DNA of 53,404 nucleotides, filler included, from Catajapyx aquilonaris (taxonomy: Eukaryota): assembly GCA_000934665.2 (NCBI GenBank). It is 2 parts of 2 records of this genome, joined end to end, with 100 filler letters (N's around TTAATTAATTAA, not from the genome) between each part and the next. Parts side by side here need not be neighbours in the genome. Positions count along the whole stretch, not along the records: positions 1 to 26,718 come from JYFJ02005182.1; 1 more part is not named here. One strand, written 5' to 3'. Shown in pieces: positions 1-11,972 of this stretch. Both the position numbers and the translations under genes were made by a program. Positions within the stretch are counted from its first letter, which is position 1; the number at the start of each line of letters is the position of its first letter. The notes under the pieces were generated by a model. That model did no database searches, was not told the origin of the DNA, and was given only the letters and a program-made list of their open reading frames with translations.

Positions 1-1
1 G

Positions 2-381
2 GAAAAGGCTCTTGTTTCCTTGTATGGAGGAAAGACATCAGACAACTTGGATGAACTACGATACAGACGTTTCAGTGAAAAGGTAGCTACCAAAAAAAAA
101 CGGTCGGAGCAGTCCAAGCCCAGTCACTTCCCCCAACTTCAGCTGCTGCTAAATTTCACAACATACGGGTCAACTACCAAGTTCAGACTTGGCATGATAA
201 CACATCCCTTCTACCTCAAGATTGGGGTTGGAAATTAAAAGGTGGCCAACTCTTGCCGGTACTTATCGACCTACTACCAGCATTGGAGTGTTCATCAGCA
301 TGCAGTGAATGTCACAGTGTCCTCTGCACGAACTCCAACATAGATGTATACGACGACGATGATGAGGAGGAGGAAGAGTGA
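2..381 (+). pseudogene. Frameshifted C-terminal fragment of an Academ(X)-type transposase/XPG-nuclease protein
   Basis: Reads EKALVSLYGGKTSDNLDELRYRRFSEKVA. A frameshift at the A-run near 92-100 is followed by QSLPPTSAAAKFHNIRVNYQVQTW…PQDWGWKLKGGQLLPV…PA-LECSSACSECHSVLCTN and an acidic tail (TGA 379-381). The LPPT…H..R…Q…W / P.DWGW motif followed by a Cys cluster is what I recognise from AcademX-type proteins. Part of the Cys cluster appears deleted. Confidence 0.65.
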
Positions 382-756
382 TGGTGTTGCAAATGACTAA
401 GAACATACAATATGACTCCGTAGGGTTTAAAGTATGTTGGTTTTTATACAGGGTTTGCAGTAATTTAAATCCTGCTCTTTTATACGAATTTGACACATTA
501 ATCTGAACCTACCACCTATATAAATTATCATTAATATTCATGGCTAAACTGCCTTTTCATATGTAAAATTTTTGAAATGAATGCAACGAACCACAAACAA
601 AATCAAATGAAGTGTTTATGTTTCAAATAAAAACCCACAAACATATGGAATGCCTTTCTCAAGCATTTACTTGGAAAACAGTTGTTTAAACGGCTGATAT
701 GTTCAGCTATCAACATTCCTGATTCCACAACCTTTCATTTGATATATATTTTAAGT

Positions 757-1070
757 AAATCGGAGCCATAGAACGTAAGTTACGCGCAGTTTACTGATTT
801 CAGCCGGAAATCCAAGATGGCGGCCAAGATGGCGGATTTCCCATGCTTAGATTTTCGGAAACTTTTGATGTGATGCTTGCGATAGTTTTCTGTGTCGAAG
901 AAACCTTACTGGAAGGAAATCGGAGCCATATAGCGTAAGTTATGTGCATTTTACTGATGTCACAGTCAATCCAAGATGGCGGCCAAAATGGCGGCTTTCC
1001 CATGCTCCGATTTTCGCCGATTTTTGATATGTTGTTCGGAATAGTTTTCTGAGTCTAAAAAGCCTTACTT
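757..1070. repeat. Tandem repeat of two ~160-bp units
   Basis: AAATCGGAGCCATA starts at both 757 and 917. Both units contain ATCCAAGATGGCGGCCAARATGGCGG…TTCCCATGCT and end in CCTTACT. Confidence 0.9.
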
Positions 1071-1699
1071 TGTTTCTGTTACAATTTGTTCGATGTTTTC
1101 GCCTAAAATGACTGGCCTAGTATGCTACTGCGTATGTCTGTCAAAAACCGGACGATTTTGAACTTTATAATCGTACAGTAGCGATGCTTGCATAATAGAA
1201 ATATCCAACATTTAAAGTTGTAGGATTTGCCTCCTATTGCGCAAGTGTTTATGCAAGAAAGGTAAACTAAAACTGCATCCAATAACCTACCTGTACTGAT
1301 TTTTCCAGATAAACCTGTCATGTACCTGTCTGCCAAATTAACTCCTCACTTATTTATAAAGGCGTCCATAATCCCAAGCCCGGATAATAATCAGAAATCA
1401 AATAATGTAAGGTATCACCGTCCAGATTACTGTACCTTTCACACTAACCTGTAGAAGAACTGAACACAAACCTACCGACACCATAAATAATCATGAATAT
1501 TTGACACCCTAATCCCTGATCGATGAAAACCTTGGGTGATTGCAAACCACACTCATTTCAATAATTACCTGGTTTTAAAGATTCCAGCAGGTGAAAATAA
1601 TTAACCGCGTACCTGACACCTGACAGCTCATTCAAGTGACGTCAATATTCCATGATCAATCACAAGTGATAAGTAAACAAGAGGGTGCGTAATGGTCCA

Positions 1700-1949
1700 A
1701 CGCCGCTCGGCCAATTGGCGACTCTTGCCTGAGTCACGTGTTTGCTCCCTTCTCCCCCCCTTCTCTTTTCCCTCCCCCCTTCCCCCTCCCTCCAACATCT
1801 TCCTCATCCCAGCACACACAGCATCTCGGCCAGTGTGCTTGCAATTCTCATCTCGTCTACTCTTCATATCTCTCCCGCCTCCTGCGTTCGGATTCTTCTT
1901 AGGACGTCATGGGGTTAAGGTCAGTTGCCGCATTTTGCAAACGTACCAG
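1700..1949 (+). promoter_or_regulatory. Candidate promoter and non-coding first exon
   Basis: CCAATTGG and GTCACGTG motifs (~1711-1740), then a pyrimidine-rich tract and a possible donor CAG|GTGCGC at 1950. Composition contrasts with the flanks. There is no transcript evidence. Confidence 0.25.
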
Positions 1950-4900
1950 GTGCGCGTGTGTTGCAATTCCTGACAGGTTTTTGAAGGGTGTCAAAACAGT
2001 TTTGAATTTATTGGATAGTGACGTGATGAAATTTTAATGGAGATATGGGCTCGGTGAGAAATTTCATAGAAGTCGCTTCATTTTAAAGTGCGAAATTAAA
2101 AGTGCGAAAAGGCAGGCTTTCAAAGTTTTAATTATTTTAATAAGGTCTAGTTGTATGAACGCAATTTAATAATATCTCTTCTTATGGGATACGAAAGATC
2201 AGAAATATGCTTTTATTAAAGTGTACAAACACCCAACACGACTTGTTAATTAAAATTAACTCAATTTTCCAATATTATGTTGATATTTAAAATGTACAGT
2301 TTATGCCATATTTAGGTTGTATTTTTTAAAATTTTCAGCGCATGAGTTTATGGATTGTGCTCTCAAATTTCATCATAATATTATTAGACGCATGTAAATG
2401 GGAGCAGTTTAGCCCACGGGAACATGTGTGGTGCGCGTGTTGTGTGCTACCAGGTATTGATCTGTTGTGGTAACAGGTGTGCTGGATATATATTTAAAAA
2501 AATCCGGGGCAGAAAATATATCAAGGAGCTAATTGGAAAACTTTGTCGTGTCTGGGACAGTGCAGTGGCGGGGTCCGAGGTTTTCGGGAGGTCGTTTGCA
2601 GGACACCAAGTTTCGTGACGGGCAATTCCACTATGTAATTGCGGAAATGTCACCAAACGTCACTAAACATTAACCTACCAGTTACCGCACTCTATTAACG
2701 CCATCCAGTGCTACATTGTCGAATCTAATTGAAATTGCGTAGCTACATGTTTCAAAACAAGATATGAGTAATTAATGGCTATACTGATACGTCAATATGT
2801 GTATGCAAATTGACTGATTGTTATAGCGAACCGATTTGAAAGTTATTGCTTTTATCTCTAAATTCGATTCAGCTGTTGTTAGCCCTGCCATTGAACTTGA
2901 GACCAGGACAGTGCACCACCCTGTATTTGCCTTACATTATTTCATATGCAAACAAAGGCGGACATTACAAAGAGGCTGGTCGAGTAGTGTGAACAAGAAA
3001 AGCGTTTTTTTATCACAGATATTAAACCCGGGGATAGTTGCGTAGGTGGAAGTAGCGTTCTTTTATCATGATGGAGGAGCTGAGTGGGGACAACAGTCTT
3101 GTGCCATTCAGCCGGAGGTTGTAAAGAAAGTGTCCCATGGCAAGGGGAATCGATCCCCTGGCCAAAGGAGAAGAATGAAAAGGGGCTTCGAGGAAAAAGG
3201 AACCACATACGGAATCAGAAGAAATGAGAACCCGTGTCCAGCATCAGTTGGCGGAATCATTTTCAAAGGACACTTCTTCTTTTATTTTGAGCACAATCAC
3301 TGGTGCTGGGTGGACAAACAAGTTTCCGCTCCATTTTCAAATATCTTTCACGCTTGACTCCGCCTGTAATTGAAAAGTGTTGTAGCGAGCGTCTTCCCAT
3401 TCCATTTGCCAATTGTCAGACTGATAAGTTGGGAGAAACTAGTTTGGTGTGAAATGAGAGCAAGTTGGAATAAAGGGAGGTGTGAATAAAATATTACGTA
3501 ACTATAGAATTTTTTGTAGACGACGAAGTAGTGTGGATTCGAATATTCACTGGGGTGTGTCCATGTCTCAAAATATGCAACATTTGGGCATACGTAAAAA
3601 TTTCTGCTATTAAATAGGAACAACAATATCCAAACACTTGGTCTTAAAATACTGATTTGTTCAGGTTATTACCACTTTCATTGAGAAACTTTGTGTGTGC
3701 GAATGAGGTGAAGGTTAGAGGGACAGTGCTTGAAGAGGGAATGTTAAGTGACCTACAGAATTGATAAGGTGCATGTAATAAATTAGGGTTGGTGTTGAAG
3801 TTCACATTCAGCCACTTGTGTACTATAATTCTGAGCTGCGTCATGTTTGGTAGATAACACATGGTGTGTGGAATATAAAAATAACCCTGCTGGCATGGTG
3901 AACTTGAGTTGGAGGTGGAGTCTTCCATTCGGATATTTCCACTTTCTTCCATCACTGTCATCATCACTTTTCTTTGCAAAAAAAAGAGCTGACACGATTC
4001 GTCTGAAAGTTAAAATTTTCAATTTTCTGACTAGGTAATGAGTATTCTAAGATGGTGCCAGATCTTTCTTTTTTTTTGAAAAATGTGTCATTGAGAATTC
4101 TATACGTATCCTCAGTTCTTTAAAGTGGGAGGTATTTCAGTTTGCCGTGGGAAGTAAGTAAATTACATGATAAAATTATTTCGGAGCCCAACCCAATTAA
4201 AGCGTTACGCAAAGAGTAATTGCTCTAATATTCGCAGCTCGCTTCCTGACGTCTGAACTTGGCCGTTTGGGAATGTTGGAGATTTAATGAAACCCAAATC
4301 CCTCCTCCCCCAACATATCGAATCAGTTTCATCAAGTAGGACATGAAACGAAACGGTTATCGAGACTTGCTTCTGCCTGATCGATGCGAGTAATCTGAAT
4401 AACATCAGAGTGCACGAATCGGATTATAGGAATTATAAATAAACCGGAATTTGGGATCCAAAGTTTGGACAAGATTACTTCTGAAAAATATATTCGAACC
4501 TTCTTTTCGATCTGGGGAATTAATAAACATACGGTATTGCACTATAGCGAAGTCAGAAGTTGCGATTCAGAATCTGGCCAGTTGCTCTGTAAAATATACA
4601 AATCCAGATACATGAATTTACGTGAATTTAAAAATAGTGATGAAATTGAAAATTTCAGTGCTTGCGTTTTTAAACACTCTTTAATCCACCTGATGTAATT
4701 AACGGATTAGTAAAATCTATCTACTGCATTTGTTTAATCATGATAATTATTCCGACCTTGCTGGAATGTCACAATCACTCAACTGCTAGGCCAAATGGAT
4801 CAACATAAACCATTAATAAATATAGCATTTGATATCAAGTTCTATATAAGCCGAAGTCACTTTTCTAAAAACCTCTTTGCAATTGGTATTACTTGAGATG

Positions 4901-7900
4901 TTTATTTTCCGCAGCCTTTGAATGCAGCTTGATAATAATCTTTCTCCAGCTTCCTATCTTTGCTTAATGCGATTACTTCTCGAAAAGGAGAGTGTAATAT
5001 TCGAAAACCCCTGGTGTTAGCTCCTGCTAATTAGTTGCGACTACAGTGCCTAAATCCTTCGGAAGCAGTTGAAATATGACACGACCTCCGTGGCTTGTAT
5101 CGTTTTCAAGACGGAGAACATGATTAAGATACTCGATCTCGGGAGCTGAGAGAAACTCTGTTTTACAGTTTGCAAGTTTTCAAAATTTCCAGCTGAGAAC
5201 CCAAGCGAGTCCAAGTTTCGCATGCCTTCCACCGCACATAAGCTGCGGTTACAAAGCTTTTCAGTGTGCTAATAACTCACACGCCTTTTCGAGACAGCTT
5301 GTGACTGCTTAATTTTCGCTTCTCCTGGCCATGCCTGCAAACTTGCACCACAACGCTCTGGAGGAATGTTTGCTAAAATTTTGTTTCTGCTACCCAAAAT
5401 GTATATCTCAGTTAATTTTTTTTTGTTAAATTCCAATCCTGGATAGCATGTGAAACAATCATTTTTTTGGCACCTTGTATAGAAACATAACATGACGTCT
5501 TTTATAATAAGATCGTTGCCTCCAGGCCTTTTATTGTCTGTTCCACCTTCTCAGTTTTCATCCTTTTGAGCGAATTTCTAAGATTTGCTGTCAAAATCAG
5601 GCGTACAGGAGGCAAAGGGACGCCCTGAGGACGTCGCCCTCCCCTGTTCAACGCTCCCTGTCTCTTCCTATCTTTATGCACATTTTCTTGCACCAATGTC
5701 ACCTTTAGACCTCTCAAAGGACTGTGAGAGTGAATGCACATGGCATTTCAGCCGATTCGGTTTCAACAGATTGATTCAAGCTAGTGCTCGACCGAGTACG
5801 ATTCGGCCAAACTGTAAAAACCGAGGCTCAAGAGAGCCATGTATATCTAAATCTCATAAAGTACAGTAAAGTGTGTTGGTGGCAGTGCGATATACGTAGA
5901 ACTATATACCTGTGGCCTCCTCCTCCTCCCCTCCCACCCACATCCTCCAAACCCTATTCGATCGGTCTCTGGCTACGAACTAACTAACCAGAATTCATAT
6001 ACACTCTGCTTTTGTAGGCCTATGCTTATTCGAGCTACGTGGGCTGGGGTTGATTCGGCTCTTTGTAGCCTACGGGGACCGGTTCTAGAGTGCGTCATAC
6101 AGTTGAGGTCCGGCCGGCTATAAACTGAGTAAAAAAATTACTATACATTTTACTTCCATTTCCTGTATTTTTTAAAACAATGAGTTCCAATACATGGGTG
6201 GAAATTAGGTTGGATTCGATATTGCTATTGGGTTGTAGGTTTTAGTGTGGCCAGAGTATACTGTATCAGTGTTGTGTAATATTATTCCGGCGATACGCCC
6301 TGCAAAATTGCGTGTGCGTAGAATCAAGCCAGCACTACACATAGGGATACTTTCACAGTAGCTATAAACTGGACACTGTCAGAAATATTTTTCTAACCTG
6401 ATGCTTTGAAAATGCCTTCTATATACCCACCGTGCAGTTGGATATATACGACCTACACTGCACATTGTCATACAGCTGCACCGTAAGTCCAACATGTGCC
6501 GCAATTAATTTAGCGACAAAGCCGCAGAAATAACCTACCTTCCAAAACATGCACCGCCTACAGCAGGCCGGAATTTATTGGCGTGGGTAGGAAAATTTTA
6601 CAGTGGAAAATGAGATTTCGGAGGTTTTGTGTTAGGACGGTTCTAGTGGCAAGACTGAGCATGTATGTTGGAAGAGATAGTTAATTAAAGGATGCGGGTG
6701 ACAGAACATAAAGCGTTGTACCCAACTACCTTTGATCTGCCATGGAAATTCCTTGCCAGCCAATTAATAGGAACCTTTACCTTCCGGCGGTTACCTTGCG
6801 GGGGAACTGCCACTTTATACACCTGCAAGAGTCGTGAATGTGACATGTCAGATGGATTGCTTAGGATAGGTCCTTTCTCTAGGACGGTTTTTGGATCCGC
6901 GGAGTAAACGCAAGTGGTTGGGGAAGGTCGACGAATAGACTTAATAAAAGGGCTGGAGAAGCCAACCAATTTATTTCCTTGATGAGGCTACAAAAGTAAA
7001 CGACTTTCTTTGTCTTATTTTTCTGGGGGGGAGGTCCGGACTAAAAAGGAAGATAAAGAGAGGCGACTGAGGCCACTCATCTGTAAACTTCATTACGAAA
7101 GCCTCAGCCTCCTTTGCGTGGGCCTTATCCTAATACGGCCAATATTTAGCTGAAGACACAAGACTTATAAACAATATATGAGAAGAATCGACCTCTACGT
7201 TCCAAACTTGCACTGTAATTATTATTCATGCTGCTTCTTGAATTTAATTATTAGAGTTTGCGTAAAGTGCAAGGATTTGAGGATCTAACACTGAAGATAC
7301 CGCCAGATCTTAACCACACCTTTATACAGTATAATATTTGCCTTGAAGTTAAACTGCGCTGCTCTTCCGCCGTTTCCCTGAAGTATATGTAAAGTTCAAA
7401 GGTGCGAGCATATATGCATAAAGTAAACGCCAATTTGTACAGCTCACGATGTGAAAACACGGAAGTGGCGATTAGTGTAGTATTTTCTAAGAATTACCTG
7501 CCCTTTTCGGTGAAAACCTATAATTGAGGGGTTTATTGCATTCTGGTGTGTTTACTTTAGCAAATAATTTTATATCATTTCGCACATATAATTATCCTTA
7601 CAAGAGACAGAATAGGGAAGGGAAGAACGTCTTGCCTTTTGCTCTTTAATTATTCATATTATGCGTCTCTGTGCCCATTAGTTACGTCGGCTGTAAAAGT
7701 CGCACATTCTATGTGTAGTTTCTTCCTTCTACAACCGAACTCATGCTTGAAAAATAATTACGACCTCTAAGGAGCAAACGGCTGAAAAGGCTGCTCATCT
7801 GAGGCCATCCCGCTCTTAGGAAGCGAAAACAAATCTGGGAAACGTGACCAGAGCCTGGCAAGGAGCTTTGGAATTGCAAATGAAGCTACTTTCCACCCCC

Positions 7901-9203
7901 CTGCGGAATAAGACGAGACGAGCCTAACCCCTGCTGCAAAGTATAACTTTACATTCTACCAGATAAAAGTGAAACTTGCTGCGGGTGAGACAAATTAAGT
8001 TGTCTGAAGGAGGGGGATGACTCAAAGTAAAGACGATTATCGCAATAGGGGCGGTCCATAAATTATGTTGCAAATGGTTGTCAACTAATTTGCTGATAAT
8101 ACACGCCAATTTTAATATTTATTTATTTATGGTATTTGAAGGGGCACGATAGTGTCGCTACCGATTTTGGGCAAATATTAGCCAATTCTGACTGCGTTAT
8201 GAAGATTCGACGATGGCAATGCAGATGGAGCATTGTGATTATCACGTGGATTATGTGCTTTCAAAATGTTGCAATTTTGACACACGTCGCCACAGTTGTC
8301 ACGTGCATATGTAGAGATGTAATTACTGCAACGCGTATAGGGTTACGTGATGAAAATATTATTCAACAGTGCGTTGATTTCGACAGGTTGTTTTTCATAG
8401 ATTTTATATACAGGCTATTCCCAAATACCCATAGGTGAAGAGATGGGTACAGGTGAAAAAATATTGCAAATCCATTTTAGACATTGCTTGATGTGACAAA
8501 CATTTGTGATTCATCCAACTGTCCATATGCGGACTCAGAGACACCAGGCCGAGGCCACTTGAGTCTGGTGAAAGCATGCAAATTGCCCTCAGCTTCCAAA
8601 GATTTTAACCCTCACTAGAAATTTAAATTACCCGACGGCCATAACCTCGTTAGCTTCAACACAACAACGCTCAATCCCGTAGCCCCTGCTAAGACCCCAC
8701 GGAATTCGGATCCAATTTGATAAAAAGGGAGGAGGGCATAAAGCTGCCAATTCTTCTCTATATGAACGAAAAATTCCAGACCAGAATTCCTATATATTTT
8801 TTTGACCAATCTGACTCGCGTCGGATCGATGGTTTATTGGTGGTGGGGAAGAGGGGGGGGAGAAATGGGTCTAGATGAGATTGAACTAGAATGAATGGTC
8901 ATTTTATGTTTCGCTTTTTCTGGCACCCTTGGACCCCCAAACCGTGGCTTAGATTTGTGGGACTTGGAAGCGGAACCACCCATGCATTCGGATGCGTCTT
9001 ATCTAACAGTGTGGTTACGGAAAGGAAGGCTGTTTGGGATTTCGGGTTATCTTATAGTCCCGCCGTCCTTTGTGATATCAATTGGCAGGCATTGCGCTGT
9101 TTTTGACATGTGAATGGCCGTTTCAAATTTTAATGCTGGTAGTGAGAGTATGGAATGTATCCGGCAGAGAATATATCATACAAAATTGGAAATTTTGACC
9201 TGC

Positions 9204-9204
<1 letters not shown>

Positions 9205-9278
<74 letters not shown>
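9205..9278. repeat. (AAT)n microsatellite
   Basis: About 24 uninterrupted AAT units ending at an N. Confidence 0.98.
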
Positions 9279-9693
9279 NATATTAAATATGAGAAACACC
9301 GCAGAACTGTTGTAAAACAGGTATATGAATAGTGTTGTAGTTCGCACATCCGTTTTACAACTGGCGCAGTGATAAAATGTTATGACAAGAGAGGTCTGCC
9401 ACTTAACACCACCAATTGGTTTCAGTTGAATTACACTGGTAAACTGACGACTAACAGCTGTGACAGGCTGCCACGTTGTAACGTAATTGTACTGCGACAC
9501 AGGACGTATTGTAAAACTGAGTACTTGTTTGCTTGTGAGGGTCATAAATTTGTGAGTTAAGCCTGCTTCATTGTTGTGCTGGTCAATTTGGGACGGTTTT
9601 ATTAGGTTTTTCTGAATGCGGGAAACATTGTTTCTATTTCAGAATAACGGTCGACAAGTCTGGAGTGTTCGCAGTTGAGTTGCAGCCAGTTGG

Positions 9694-9897
9694 ATGAACA
9701 TGATTCGACGGCTGACCATGATGGACTACGAAGACGTGGATCCGACCACCGAATTCGGGCCAGTCTCCCTGAGTCCCACAGAGGCTGACCTCAACACCTC
9801 CTCGCTGGATGACGTACTCAATTGCACCAATTCCTTTAACGAATCCAAATGTGCAGTCCCAGAGGAAGACAGAATCAACAAATTCTACTTTTACGAT
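9694..9897 (+). CDS. CCAP-R: First coding exon (extracellular N-terminus) of a crustacean cardioactive peptide (CCAP) receptor-like GPCR; partial
   Basis: Bounded by acceptor TTTCAG| (exon starts 9643) and phase-0 donor |GTGAGT (9898). Encodes MNMIRRLTMMDYEDVDPTTEF…LNTSSLDDVLNCTNSFNESKC…EDRINKFYFYD with three N-glycosylation sequons (NTS, NCT, NES). The terminal IN.FYFY[DE] matches the conserved NSFYFYETEQ motif just before TM1 in arthropod CCAP receptors. I did not find the downstream exons in the window. Confidence 0.7.
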
Positions 9898-11760
9898 GTG
9901 AGTGCATTTCCACAGATCTATTTCATTCCTATTTTTCTTATCCTCTTCCGGCCCACACAAAAAAGACGCTCCAAAACTTTTCCTTAGAGAGAAAATAATG
10001 TTGGCCTCAACTTTTTTCTTTCGTCTTCAGAAAGCAAAAGTTACTCCTATTTACTACTTTGTGGGTGAAAGATCCGGCTTTTTTCTATCATTTGTTGTAA
10101 CAGGGGGTAATTAAAGCGAGCATAGAGTGCTTGGCTTGGTTGAGGCCGAACAGAATTCTCTAGAGGAAAAGGAGGAAATTATGGGTGTCGTTTTCCACGA
10201 GCCGGCGAGTTGGCCGGACACTCTTTTTAAACCAAAGGGTCGCCATTGCTAGAAGAACTCGAAGATATAAAAGGAAGGGTGTAGTTGCCTCCGAGGGCAA
10301 CTGCGCTATTATCGTTGCACCAGTGTTCTTGGCGTACCATCTGTGATAGAATAAGAAACGTTGGGATTAAGTGGTGGAGGATAGTGGAGAGAACTGGTCA
10401 GTAATGGCGAACCATGAAGATCTTTGGCATTGACTTTTTTTTAAAGATTTACCCCCAGAGCTCGTATAGTAACGGAAAGGCGTCATATACATGTCGACAA
10501 GAAACTACCACACACTGTATGTTTTAATTTTGATGAATTGGGGTTCAGACACAAGGAATAATGAGGACCCTGCGCACAAATAGGACTTGTGTATAAAAGA
10601 GAATGGCTGTTGTAAACCTTTCATGATGTCCATCCAGATTATTTATTGCCTAGTTCGCGCACTAGTGGCACACTAGTTTACGAGCCAATGGCTTGAAATG
10701 TCTCACTATCATATTGCACCTGTTTAATTCAGTAATTTTTAAATATATGGTTTTTCTAAGAAGTTTGGGGAGTCGAGTCTAATAAGATTTTTGTCACATG
10801 CATTTTCCATCATTTGCACCATACCGGGTGTAGGTAGTACTCAAGGACTGTAATATTCAAGAAGGGGTCGATCCTGGCGAAATAAGTATCAGAGCCTTAT
10901 TAACCCTTCGTCCCGTTTGTATAAACCCTCATCATCGGGACGCGAATTTCCAATATCGGACATGCTTCATTAGCACACAGGCAAACTTGTACTTGTAGTA
11001 GGCCTATCTATGATGCAGTGCTGTAAAGACATGTGCATCAAGGGTGTGGATATCGCTTGAGGCCCGTTTCTGAAGACGTGGACGTTCTCCAGGTTTGTCA
11101 GTAGTGCAAAGCTGTTAGATCCGCTCTTCTCAAGGATTATTATCGAAATCCTTGGCGGCACTTCGCCTGAAGAGCTATACCCTGCTCTGCCCGGATCGGT
11201 CGGTGGGATTTTCTATTTCTCGTGTTGGGTCACGTGGTGTTCCAGCGAATTGGGCGTATATCCCCAAGTCTTTCCACTTGGCGGTGTCTGCTGGATTGAC
11301 GAACTTGCTTATATACACGTGGGTGGTTATATCTGGATAAGGAATGGTTGCCAGTTTAGTTTAGTTTCAGGCTTTACTTTCCATTTTGGATTTTGAAAGA
11401 AGGGATTTTGCTGTCATCTTGCACGGTACAGGTGGTGCAGTGCTTCGGTTCCTTAGTTTAAGAAAAGTGTAGGCGAAGAAGTCTATCGTAAGTTCGTAAC
11501 AAAAATAATAATGCAAGTGAATGTTGCATCCATCTGTTTGCTGAGACAGTTAAAAGTCCATTTTGAACTGAGGACTTTGAGTTGGATTAGTTTAAATCGG
11601 AGGATTCCTCTGTAATATTCGTATTATGTGGAGGAACTGGACGTAGTTCCCTTCGCTGCAGAATCCACATAATGTTGGCCTTGGGTAGAGACTGCGGGCT
11701 TTAGTGCGTGATTAAGTGGCGCTCCAGCAGAGTGGCACACCACAACGACCTGGATATACA

Positions 11761-11972
11761 GTCACGATCATAATGATGGAGACGAACTTGGGCAGGAACA
11801 TGTCCAGTGGAAAAAAAGATGATATAATTATCTGATATATCATCATTTTTTCCACTGGACATGTCCCTGCCCAAGTTCGTCTCCATTGTCTGTACGACGT
11901 CCGTATACCGTACAGACATCACTGATTTTTCACTGAACAGTTGGTCATCTCTATAATTATTATGATCGTGAC
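11761..11972. repeat. Nested inverted repeat / palindromic MITE-like element
   Basis: A near-perfect hairpin at 11776-11886 (ATGGAGACGAACTTGGGCAGGAACATGTCCAGTGGAAAAAA… / …TTTTTTCCACTGGACATGTCCCTGCCCAAGTTCGTCTCCAT) lies inside an outer IR, GTCACGATCATAAT (11761) / ATTATGATCGTGAC (to 11972). Confidence 0.8.

Larger units (their letters stand above)
1..1119 (+). mobile_element. 3' portion of an Academ-like DNA transposon, running off the window start
   Basis: Transposase remnant, then two ~160-bp subterminal direct repeats (757-916 and 917-~1070). The putative terminus is …CGCCTAAAATGACTGGCCTA at 1119 (TAG…CTA-type end). The left end is not in the window, so the TIR and TSD cannot be confirmed. 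Confidence 0.5.

Noticed and set aside
757..1070. CRISPR-like or iteron-like repeat array
   Set aside because: Only two long degenerate units with no unique spacers, in a eukaryotic transposon context with no cas genes.
9114..9545. ORFs with poly-Asn or poly-Ile
   Set aside because: They are translations of the (AAT)n microsatellite.
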